DNA from: Nanoarchaeum equitans Kin4-M
GTDB lineage: Archaea; Nanobdellota; Nanobdellia; Nanobdellales; Nanoarchaeaceae
Assembly (NCBI GenBank): GCA_000008085.1
Contig: AE017199.1
Span: 150,001-182,000 of the forward strand
Direction: 5' to 3'
DNA length: 32,000 nucleotides
This document shows positions 1-9,789 of this stretch, piece by piece. How positions within the stretch are numbered: position 1 is the first letter of the stretch; the number at the start of each line of letters is the position of its first letter. The notes beneath the pieces were generated by a model. It was not told the DNA's origin. It did not search any database and was given only the letters and a program-made list of their open reading frames with translations. Position numbers and translations under genes: made by a program.

Positions 1-581
1 CCAACCAAATTCGGGGATAAATTAGTTCTAATAACATAGTATAGAACAATGTTTATAACCAAAGACATAGTTACCATCCCTAATAGAATGGGTGATATCT
101 CATTGTAAAAAGTGGAAAAATCAATCTTCTTACCCCTACTTTCATATAAAGTTGCTAACAATATTAAAAAGTAAGCTAATACTAATAATAAACCATCTAA
201 TTCTGTTATTATTCCATCAACTACTGCTAAGAATGGCAAAAACAAAGCAAAAACTATTAAATCTAAATAGCCTTCTATATGTTTAAGGGAAACTTCTTTT
301 TTCCCTTTTATATAATAGATTAACATAGAGAATACTACTCCAAACAATGCAGAAGTAGTAATTATGTATAATGGAGTTTTATAATTAAAAATGTTGTTGC
401 CGAATACGATTAATAACAACTCTGGGATAGACATTATCAAAGAGGCTAAAACGAAACCCGATAAATGCTCTAACATGTTTACTTTTTTTAGGAACGATTT
501 TATCGATACTGTTACTAAAGAACTGGCCAAAGCAACAACGAAAGAGGATAAAACTATGTTAATAAATATATTATAGTCCAT
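1..581 (-). CDS. Polytopic membrane protein, N-terminal part (gene runs off the left edge); weakly cation/Ca2+ exchanger (CaCA/YrbG)-like
   Basis: Absent from the ORF track because no stop lies in the window. A reverse-strand ATG at 581-579 opens a frame that stays open to position 2: MDYNIFINIVLSSFVVALASSLV...MSIPELLLIVFGNN...DGIITELDGLLLVLAYFLILLATLY. It has several hydrophobic helices. SIPEL and the D-G-x-I-x-x-x-(D/E)-G-x-x-L-x-x-x-Y stretch resemble CaCA motifs. The start lies 23.5 nt from the TATA centre at 602-607. Confidence 0.5.
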   Translation of the reverse strand, partial: MDYNIFINIVLSSFVVALASSLVTVSIKSFLKKVNMLEHLSGFVLASLIMSIPELLLIVFGNNIFNYKTPLYIITTSALFGVVFSMLIYYIKGKKEVSLKHIEGYLDLIVFALFLPFLAVVDGIITELDGLLLVLAYFLILLATLYESRGKKIDFSTFYNEISPILLGMVTMSLVINIVLYYVIRTNLSPNLV

Positions 582-601
582 TTTATATTTAGCAATAGAT
601 A

Positions 602-607
602 TTTAAA
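602..607. promoter_or_regulatory. Shared TATA core (TTTAAA in gatATTTAAAtttt) for divergent genes starting at 581 (-) and 628 (+)
   Basis: The hexamer centre (604.5) is 23.5 nt from the first base of both ATG codons. This is the same spacing used by the other promoters in the window. Confidence 0.6.
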
Positions 608-627
608 TTTTGATCACACCAAAGCAT

Positions 628-831
628 ATGATAGATATATCTAAAATAAAATTGCCCAAAAACATCGATATTAAACAAATCAAGGAATTGCCTAAAAAAA
701 TACCCATAAAGGTAAATCTTAAAACGGATTTGGTTAAAATAAACAAAGATAAAGGGACTATCTATATTAACGACAAAAAAATAAAAGAGAAGCTATCAAA
801 TTTGCTCTCTAAGATCCCCTTTAAGAAATAA
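628..831 (+). CDS. Hypothetical small basic Lys/Ile-rich protein (67 aa)
   Basis: The track ORF is 610..831 with a TTG start. The in-frame ATG at 628 lies exactly 23.5 nt from the TATA centre, so I prefer it. I recognise no family. The 3' end overlaps the convergent methyltransferase by 36 nt. Confidence 0.35.
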   Translation: MIDISKIKLPKNIDIKQIKELPKKIPIKVNLKTDLVKINKDKGTIYINDKKIKEKLSNLLSKIPFKK

Positions 832-1422
832 CACATTAATATAATGTTTTTTCTTTGTGTGGAAAAAATATATGGGCTTTATTGGAAATTGGTACCTTTT
901 TATTATTTTAATATCGTAATCCTTTAACTTTTTTAGTTTTTTATATTGCGATTCCTCCCATAATAAATATACAGTTTTGGGCTTGTTTTTTTCTATAAAA
1001 TGAAAAAACTTTCTATATTCATTGCTATTGTGCCCAAATGGTGGGTTAGCAATCACATTTTCTATATTTAATTCCAAATCGCCCACATCTTTTATTAATA
1101 TTTCTACATTATTTAAACCCAAAAGTTCCTTGTTTTTATATAATATTTCTTCTTGCTCAGGATCTTTTTCTATTAAATATACTTTATTCCAACCCACTAG
1201 GGCTAAAGCTAATCCTAATATGCCATTGCCAGAACCCAAATCTGCTATTTCATCTCCAATAGGTATAGCCCACGCTATATCTGCAGCTATTTCAGAAGGG
1301 GTTTGGTATTGCTCCAATTCATATTTAGGATTTTTTATAGGAAGTAGTTTAGATAATATTATCGCTAGTTCTTTCTTGGATAGCTTTCTCGATTCTAATG
1401 ATGGTTTCTCTTTCTTCATCAT
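796..1422 (-). CDS. SAM-dependent methyltransferase, COG2263/METTL5-like (N6-adenine type)
   Basis: Motif I is ADLGSGNGILG. Motif IV is ANPPFG. The N-terminal LEQYQTP signature is typical of this family. 208 aa. Confidence 0.8.
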   Translation of the reverse strand: MMKKEKPSLESRKLSKKELAIILSKLLPIKNPKYELEQYQTPSEIAADIAWAIPIGDEIADLGSGNGILGLALALVGWNKVYLIEKDPEQEEILYKNKELLGLNNVEILIKDVGDLELNIENVIANPPFGHNSNEYRKFFHFIEKNKPKTVYLLWEESQYKKLKKLKDYDIKIIKRYQFPIKPIYFFHTKKKHYINVLFLKGDLREQI

Positions 1423-1945
1423 CCAAATATTGCCTTATCTCCTTTATATGTCTCTCTACATTTGGTATTAGTTTTTTCTCCAAATAGAGTTTTTTTCTTT
1501 TGGTTTTACCTATCTCTACTAATAATTTTCTAACTGCATCCTCTTCGCTAGCAATTTTTAATATTATTTCTATGGCCTTTTTAAGCTCTTCACTAGCCTT
1601 TTTAAGGTTTTCATCTATATAATAATGAGGTTGCTCTTTAACATTACTCTCCAAATCGAATACTTTAACTCCCATTATGTTTATGGTTTTAGTTTTTATG
1701 GAATAATCTAAAACATCTAAGGAAGAGTATAAAATACCTCTACTTGTTGCGAACTTAAAATAATGGTCATACATGCTTTTTATAATAGGTTGGAGTTCTT
1801 TTCTATATTGTTTTATCTTTTTTAATCTTTTTATTAATTCGAAAACCAAAACATTGAGCTTTTTTTCTAAAATAGATTGGCCCTTTTTGTATAGTTTTAA
1901 CTTTCTTTTTAATTCAATTAGAGTTGTTTTATTCTTGGCATACAC
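1349..1945 (-). CDS. atpD: A/V-type ATP synthase subunit D
   Basis: TLIELKRKLKLYKKGQSILEKKLNVLVFEL at the N-terminus and KRKKLYLEKKLIPNVERHIKEIRQYLDDEERE near the C-terminus match the subunit D pattern (PTR-ELL-LK ... RRVNALE--IIP). The GTG start at 1945 lies 23.5 nt from the TATA centre. Confidence 0.85.
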   Translation of the reverse strand: MYAKNKTTLIELKRKLKLYKKGQSILEKKLNVLVFELIKRLKKIKQYRKELQPIIKSMYDHYFKFATSRGILYSSLDVLDYSIKTKTINIMGVKVFDLESNVKEQPHYYIDENLKKASEELKKAIEIILKIASEEDAVRKLLVEIGKTKRKKLYLEKKLIPNVERHIKEIRQYLDDEERETIIRIEKAIQERTSDNII

Positions 1946-1965
1946 CTATTATTTATAGAAAAATT

Positions 1966-1971
1966 TTTAAA
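1966..1971. promoter_or_regulatory. Shared TATA core (aaaaTTTTTAAAtat) for atpD (-, 1945) and tRNA-Trp (+, 1992)
   Basis: The centre (1968.5) is 23.5 nt from the atpD GTG and 23.5 nt from tRNA nucleotide 1. Confidence 0.65.
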
Positions 1972-1991
1972 TATCTATCTATTGCAATCTC

Positions 1992-2078
1992 GGGGCCGTA
2001 GCTCAGCCAGGCAGAGCGGCGGATTCGAAGCCGAAGCTCCAGACCCGTAGGTCGGGGGTTCGAATCCCCCCGGCCCCA
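1992..2078 (+). tRNA. tRNA-Trp (anticodon CCA at 2039-2041) with a 13-nt intron at 2023-2035, between positions 30 and 31
   Basis: The acceptor is GGGGCCG/CGGCCCC with discriminator A. The D arm is GCTC-AGCCAGGCA-GAGC. The T arm is GGGGG-TTCGAAT-CCCCC. Removing ATTCGAAGCCGAA gives anticodon stem GCGGG/CCCGT and loop CTCCAGA, for a 74-nt mature tRNA. The pre-tRNA forms a BHB: GAG-CGGC-[GG|A]-UUCGAA-GCCG-[AA|G]-CUC. No CCA is encoded. Confidence 0.85.
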
Positions 2079-2083
2079 GGCTC

Positions 2084-2089
2084 TTTAAA
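2084..2089 (+). promoter_or_regulatory. TATA core for secY
   Basis: The ctcTTTAAAataa centre (2086.5) is 23.5 nt from the GTG at 2110. Confidence 0.55.
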
Positions 2090-2109
2090 ATAATAAAATA
2101 TTTTTCCAA

Positions 2110-3540
2110 GTGTGGGCAATTGTTGAAAAGGTTGTCCAAAAGTTGCCTACAATAAAAAAACCAAAATATTTAACTAATTTGGATAGATTAAAATGGAGCG
2201 CAATCGCAGTTATTTTATATCTTTTATTGTCTTATACCCCATTAATTGGGGTTTCTCAAACTGGGGCCGGAGTATTTGAGGAATTGGTAGTTTTATTAGG
2301 AGCGAGCTTTGGATCTATAGTTTCTTTAGGTATAGGCCCCATAATAATAGGTTATCTATTGGCAGAACTATTTATTGGATCTGGAGAGCTAAATATAGAT
2401 ATAACCACAGAGGAAGGCAAAAGAAAATTCGAGAATTTAGCTAGATTTTTTATGATAGTTTTTGGTTTGTTTGAATCTATAGTAATGGCCACAATAGGTT
2501 GGTTTAAGCCTTCTCAATTTTTAATATCTTTATTTGCAATGCCTTTTTCTTTTTTAGGAAGTAACGCCTTCTTAATAGGTTATATTTTAGCAGTTTTATT
2601 TATTGTTGCACAATTAATGTTGGGAGTAATATTAGCTTATTTATTAGATGATTTGTCTCAAAAATGGGGTTTTACCTCTGGGATCAATTTATTTATATTA
2701 GCCACAGTATCGAGAGAATTGTTTGTGCAATTGTTTAACCCATTGACACAAATCCCTGGGACTCCTACTCCTCCAATAGGTAAAATCCCCCAAATCTTTT
2801 ATTTCATATCCCAAGGTTTATACACAGAAGCGATAGTAGTAGGGTTGCAACTATTAGTTATAGTTTTAGTAATATTATTGTCGGTCTATTTTTATATGGT
2901 TAAAATACCAATTCCAACGAGTTTCGGTAAAATTCCTGAAAAAAGCTTAAGATACGAAGTTAGATTGATATACACTGGGAATATCCCAGTTATATTCGCT
3001 TTCGCATTTTTACATCAAATATTATTAATAGCATGGGTTTTGCAGCAATTGGGAATACCATTATTAGGCACAATAGAGAATGGCCATCCCATTAATGGAT
3101 TGGTAGCCTACATTTATCCCGATACAGGCTTTCTAATATCTTTAATTTTGGGTAATCTTACTTTAGATAATTTAATAAGAACTATAACTTCTTCGCTATT
3201 CTTTTTAGGTTCATCAATATTGTTTAGTATATATTTTGTATTAGCCACTGGCCAAGATTCTGAAGGTTTAGCAAAACAATTATCAAAAATGTTTGGAAGG
3301 ATAGGACTAAAAAGGGATTATAGAATAATAAAGCATTATTTGGATAAAATAATTCCTTGTGTAACCGTATTAGGTGGTTTCATTGTTGGATTTTTGGCTT
3401 TGCTAAGTTATTGGGTTTCTATCCCAATTGGAGGGACATCGATATTGTTAGCAACGATGATATCTTATATGGTGTATGAACAATTGAAAGAAACAGGGAT
3501 ACTTAAAGAATTAACGCAAATCATTTCTAAACTAGAATAA
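2110..3540 (+). CDS. secY: Preprotein translocase subunit SecY
   Basis: 476 aa with 10 predicted TM helices. The N-terminus KLPTIKKPKYLTNLDRLKWSAIAVILYLLLSYTPLIG is typical of archaeal SecY/Sec61alpha. GTG start. Confidence 0.93.
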   Translation: MWAIVEKVVQKLPTIKKPKYLTNLDRLKWSAIAVILYLLLSYTPLIGVSQTGAGVFEELVVLLGASFGSIVSLGIGPIIIGYLLAELFIGSGELNIDITTEEGKRKFENLARFFMIVFGLFESIVMATIGWFKPSQFLISLFAMPFSFLGSNAFLIGYILAVLFIVAQLMLGVILAYLLDDLSQKWGFTSGINLFILATVSRELFVQLFNPLTQIPGTPTPPIGKIPQIFYFISQGLYTEAIVVGLQLLVIVLVILLSVYFYMVKIPIPTSFGKIPEKSLRYEVRLIYTGNIPVIFAFAFLHQILLIAWVLQQLGIPLLGTIENGHPINGLVAYIYPDTGFLISLILGNLTLDNLIRTITSSLFFLGSSILFSIYFVLATGQDSEGLAKQLSKMFGRIGLKRDYRIIKHYLDKIIPCVTVLGGFIVGFLALLSYWVSIPIGGTSILLATMISYMVYEQLKETGILKELTQIISKLE

Positions 3541-3541
3541 A

Positions 3542-6382
<2,841 letters not shown>

Positions 6383-6421
6383 TGAAAATTTTTAAAAAGG
6401 TTATCTAAATATCTTAGTTTT

Positions 6422-7468
6422 TTACTTTCTAGTGCTAAAGGGTCTAAATATTGTGTTAAACTTATTCGGTATAGCTTCCTTGTAATTACTAATTGGAATA
6501 CCCTTATATGAAATTATGCTAGTACTAACATTTGGGTTTATGCTATTGTAGGACATAGAATTGGATATGTTCTCCCAATAGAGCGAGATGTAAAAAGTAT
6601 AAGTTTTATCTTTCGTTAAGCTATCAAAATAGACCCCTATTTTGTTTGATGGTATGTTATTACAGTTATTCCCATTCCAATAGCAGAATTTTAATATTTT
6701 ATCGTTATAGACTATTATATAAGCATCGCTCAACCATGTTGGTAAGCTAACATTTACCAATACATTACTATAATTGTTGTTTACGGTAAACGTAACTTTG
6801 TAGCTATATAAACTGGCATTAGCTAATGTTAAATAAACATTCTGATTAGTGCTATAATACAAATCGCAGTTTATTCTATTAAATGGCATTAATAATCCTA
6901 TACCGATTGGTATAGAAGGTTTTTCAAAGAACCTAATTTCTTTAGCTTTTGTAATATTTATTGTTATGCTATCAAATTTTGATGCACTCAAATTCTGCTT
7001 TATTGTTAGATAAGAATTATAATTAGATGGGTCTATTTTATATACAAAAACGTTCTTGCCATTCTTAATAATCCAGTATTGCCCATTATAATTGTTGCCA
7101 TTAATATTGAAATGGCCATCTATGTATAAGGAACCAATAGTTAGATTTATGCTACAATTACCATATTCGCTCCAATTATCACAATAATATCTTTTTGGTA
7201 TAATTATTGGATAAAAATATTGACAAAAATTACTAGTTGTATCTATAAAAGGGGTCACAGTACCATATAAAAAGCTATATTCGTTCAAATTAATATGGCA
7301 ATTGCCTATACATAATAACTCTTGCAGAAAATAGTATGGGTAATATGGTTTTTCAATTTTTTGTTTTGGAAAAACCTCTATATAGTATTGGTTATGTATA
7401 TTCTGAAATATTATAGGCAAAGATAAAACCAATAAAGTAAAAGCAATTATATAGAATTGGCTCCTCAT
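6422..7468 (-). CDS. Secreted or membrane-anchored N/Y-rich protein with 8 Cys and about 10 N-x-S/T sequons (probable surface glycoprotein)
   Basis: The track ORF starts at 7489. I prefer the ATG at 7468-7466, which forms an ATGA overlap with the TGA stop of the upstream GT2 gene. The N-terminus MRSQFYIIAFTLLVLSLPIIF is a short charged head followed by a hydrophobic helix. The sequons are NWS, NCS, NLT, NLS, NIT, NAS, NYS, NVS, NIS and NVS. Confidence 0.6.
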   Translation of the reverse strand: MRSQFYIIAFTLLVLSLPIIFQNIHNQYYIEVFPKQKIEKPYYPYYFLQELLCIGNCHINLNEYSFLYGTVTPFIDTTSNFCQYFYPIIIPKRYYCDNWSEYGNCSINLTIGSLYIDGHFNINGNNYNGQYWIIKNGKNVFVYKIDPSNYNSYLTIKQNLSASKFDSITINITKAKEIRFFEKPSIPIGIGLLMPFNRINCDLYYSTNQNVYLTLANASLYSYKVTFTVNNNYSNVLVNVSLPTWLSDAYIIVYNDKILKFCYWNGNNCNNIPSNKIGVYFDSLTKDKTYTFYISLYWENISNSMSYNSINPNVSTSIISYKGIPISNYKEAIPNKFNTIFRPFSTRK

Positions 7469-8271
7469 CTTACATGAGGGTATTTCCATTGCATTGGTTT
7501 CTTTTTAATTAAAAAGTATGCAATATGTATTATATACATTAGTAAAACATATGGGGCAGTTATTAATAATAATAACTCATTTTTAATCGCTTTCCCGCTA
7601 AATCTCGCAAACCCTCTAAATGAAGTCCAAGCTCTCGCGGATAAAACAATATTGTGCTTTTTATGAAAAGTACTATTTAATCTATAATGGAAATCTAAAT
7701 CTTCTCCGGGCCAGAAGTTTCTAAAACCCCCTATAGCTTTTGCTTCCTTTGTTCTGCATGCAGTTAAATTAGTTAAACCAACTTTTGCTCCTAATAATGT
7801 GCCTAATTTCATTAAAGGAGAAAACAAAAATAACTGTAAGAAGTTTAATAACAAAATAGTTGGGATACTTAACCAATCTTTGTCATATTTTGGAGATATT
7901 AGCATTACTGGGTAATTGGTGCCATGGTTTGGGTGTTTTTTTAGATCTTCAATCATTTTCTCTATTGTATCTTCGCTTAAGGATACGTCTCCATCTATAA
8001 ATACGGTATATTCGCCTTTAGCATTGAATAAACCAATATTTCTTGCAATGCCTGCGCCTTTACCTGGGTCTTCTAGTATGCGCCATTCGAAAAATATTTT
8101 ATCTTTGTTTTTTTCCATGAATTCCTCTATTACTTTTCTCGTTGGATCATTTTTTGGAGTAACAAAAATAACCTCAAAATCTTTATATTTTTGTTTTAAC
8201 AAAGATTCAAGCAAATATTTTATATACTTTTCTTCCCTATATGCTATAACAACTATCGATGTTTCGACCAT
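7465..8271 (-). CDS. Family 2 glycosyltransferase (GT-A fold; dolichyl-phosphate sugar synthase-like)
   Basis: SIVVIAYREEKYIKYLLESLLKQKY...FEVIFV...GAGIARNIGLFNAKGEYTVFIDGDV carries the DxD motif. The track start at 8379 would run through the promoter and into rpoB. The ATG at 8271 lies 24.5 nt from the TATA centre. Confidence 0.85.
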   Translation of the reverse strand: MVETSIVVIAYREEKYIKYLLESLLKQKYKDFEVIFVTPKNDPTRKVIEEFMEKNKDKIFFEWRILEDPGKGAGIARNIGLFNAKGEYTVFIDGDVSLSEDTIEKMIEDLKKHPNHGTNYPVMLISPKYDKDWLSIPTILLLNFLQLFLFSPLMKLGTLLGAKVGLTNLTACRTKEAKAIGGFRNFWPGEDLDFHYRLNSTFHKKHNIVLSARAWTSFRGFARFSGKAIKNELLLLITAPYVLLMYIIHIAYFLIKKKPMQWKYPHVR

Positions 8272-8292
8272 TAAATAATATTTTTCCAAATT

Positions 8293-8298
8293 TTTAAA
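8293..8298. promoter_or_regulatory. Shared TATA core (perfect palindrome TTTTTAAAAA, 8291-8300) for GT2 (-, 8271) and rpoB'' (+, 8320)
   Basis: The centre (8295.5) is 24.5 nt from the ATG at 8271 and 24.5 nt from the in-frame GTG at 8320. Confidence 0.6.
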
Positions 8299-8319
8299 AA
8301 TCGTTTTTTGGAATACAAC

Positions 8320-9789
8320 GTGTATTCGAAATTGTTGATAAAAAAATATTATGAAGAACATCCAATTACTAGACCCCAATTAGATTCTTTTAATTGGCTA
8401 ATAGACCATGGTTTAAAAAGAATAATCCAAGAAGTAGGAAAAGTAGAATTCGAAGTAACTCCTGAAGGGGTTAAAGAAGCTTATTTAGTTGCTGTAGACA
8501 TAGAAGTTGGAAAAGCCCAAATAATAGATATACAAGGACCCAGGATAATATATCCCTACGAAGCTAGGTTAAGGCAATTAACTTACTCTGCTCCAGTTAG
8601 AGTTAGATTTCAATATTATGAGGATGGAGAATTAAAAGAAGATAGATGGGTTAAAATTGGAGAATTACCTGTAATGGTTAGAAGTAAAATATGTAATACC
8701 TATGGTCTAAGCGAAGAAGAGTTGTTAAAAGTTTACGAAGACCCATTAGACCCTGGGGGATATTTCATAATCAATGGGGTAGATAGAGTAATAGTAATGG
8801 AAGAAAATTTAGCACCTAATCAATTTTATGTGCAAGAAAACAATGGAGAATATGTAGGGAAAATGCTTTCTGTAAGGGGGGGAAGAAAAATACCAATAAC
8901 AATAGAATTGAAAAAAGATGGGATTTTGTATTTAACTTTCTCTAGGTTAGAAAATGTCCCATTGATACCATTCGTAAAAGTATTAGGTATAAAAGATAAT
9001 GAAATAGCTCAATACTTAGGTAATTACGAAGAGACTTTTATTAATTTATTAGAGTTTGCCGACCAAGATTATGAATCAATAATTCTAGGAAAAATTAAGA
9101 TACCAGGTTTAACAAAAGAAGAAAAACAAGCCAAATACGAAAGATTATATGAAATAGTGGATAACTATTTGTTACCCCATATTGGATATGATCCAAGCCT
9201 TAGAAGGTTAAAAGCAATAAACTTACTAAAGTATGCATCGAAATTATTAAAATTAGCCCATGGTGAAATAAAAGAAGATGATAGAGACCACTATATGAAT
9301 AAAAGAATTTTAATGGCTGGCGATTTAGTTGGGGAATTGTTTAGAAGTGCATTCTATGCACAATTGCAAAACTTAAAATACATCTATCAAAGGAATGCAA
9401 AAAGGAAAAAAATTACTTCTATAGAAGAATTCGTTTCAGTAGATGTATTCAATCAAAGGATAGAAACTGCTTTCGCTACAGGTCAATGGGTTGGAGGCAA
9501 AACAGGTATAAGCCAACTATTGGATAGAACTAACTATTTAGCTACAGTTTGGGCTTTGAATAGAGTTACCACATCTTTAGAGGAAGAGAATGAAATGATT
9601 GAAGCAAGAAGAACCCATGGTACACATTGGGGAAGGTTAGACCCTATAGATACTCCAGAAGACAAATCTATAGGATTAAGAAAAGCTTTGACTTTACTAT
9701 CTAAAATTACTGTTGATATAGAGGAAGAAAAAATTTTGCCCATAATAAAAGAGTTGGGTGCAAAATTAGAATATGAGAGAAATTCTTAA
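8320..9789 (+). CDS. rpoB: DNA-directed RNA polymerase subunit B'' (N-terminal half of subunit B / Rpo2N)
   Basis: PQLDSFNWLI, GYFIINGVDRVIVMEE and GKTGISQLLDRTNYLATVWALNRV are N-terminal-half RpoB motifs. The ORF stops after about 490 aa at the position where B'' ends in split-B archaea. The track start is the TTG at 8308. The GTG at 8320 fits the promoter spacing better. Confidence 0.9.
   Translation: MYSKLLIKKYYEEHPITRPQLDSFNWLIDHGLKRIIQEVGKVEFEVTPEGVKEAYLVAVDIEVGKAQIIDIQGPRIIYPYEARLRQLTYSAPVRVRFQYYEDGELKEDRWVKIGELPVMVRSKICNTYGLSEEELLKVYEDPLDPGGYFIINGVDRVIVMEENLAPNQFYVQENNGEYVGKMLSVRGGRKIPITIELKKDGILYLTFSRLENVPLIPFVKVLGIKDNEIAQYLGNYEETFINLLEFADQDYESIILGKIKIPGLTKEEKQAKYERLYEIVDNYLLPHIGYDPSLRRLKAINLLKYASKLLKLAHGEIKEDDRDHYMNKRILMAGDLVGELFRSAFYAQLQNLKYIYQRNAKRKKITSIEEFVSVDVFNQRIETAFATGQWVGGKTGISQLLDRTNYLATVWALNRVTTSLEEENEMIEARRTHGTHWGRLDPIDTPEDKSIGLRKALTLLSKITVDIEEEKILPIIKELGAKLEYERNS

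Noticed and set aside
1022-1471. Long plus-strand ORF (149 aa). Similar antisense ORFs occur at 92-286, 391-576, 3543-3803, 4005-4520, 7916-8278, 9874-10197, 10462-10773, 10955-11548, 12149-12436, 13514-13957, 14276-14566, 19092-19406, 22884-23132, 24473-24712, 29712-29966, 30153-30416, 30857-31228 and 31305-31625.
   Set aside because: Each lies antisense to a gene with clear family motifs. Each has low-complexity, Ser/Leu/Ile/Phe-rich translations typical of shadow ORFs in AT-rich DNA. None has a TATA core at the standard spacing.
6389-6398. TTTTTAAAAA palindrome between the secreted-protein gene and the ATPase gene, considered as another shared promoter.
   Set aside because: Positions 23.5 nt away on either side (6370 and 6417) do not coincide with any start codon. 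The T-runs more likely act as a terminator or attenuator after the secreted-protein gene. The ATPase has a weaker TTTAGA (minus strand, 6409-6404) 24.5 nt from its ATG. This remains unresolved.
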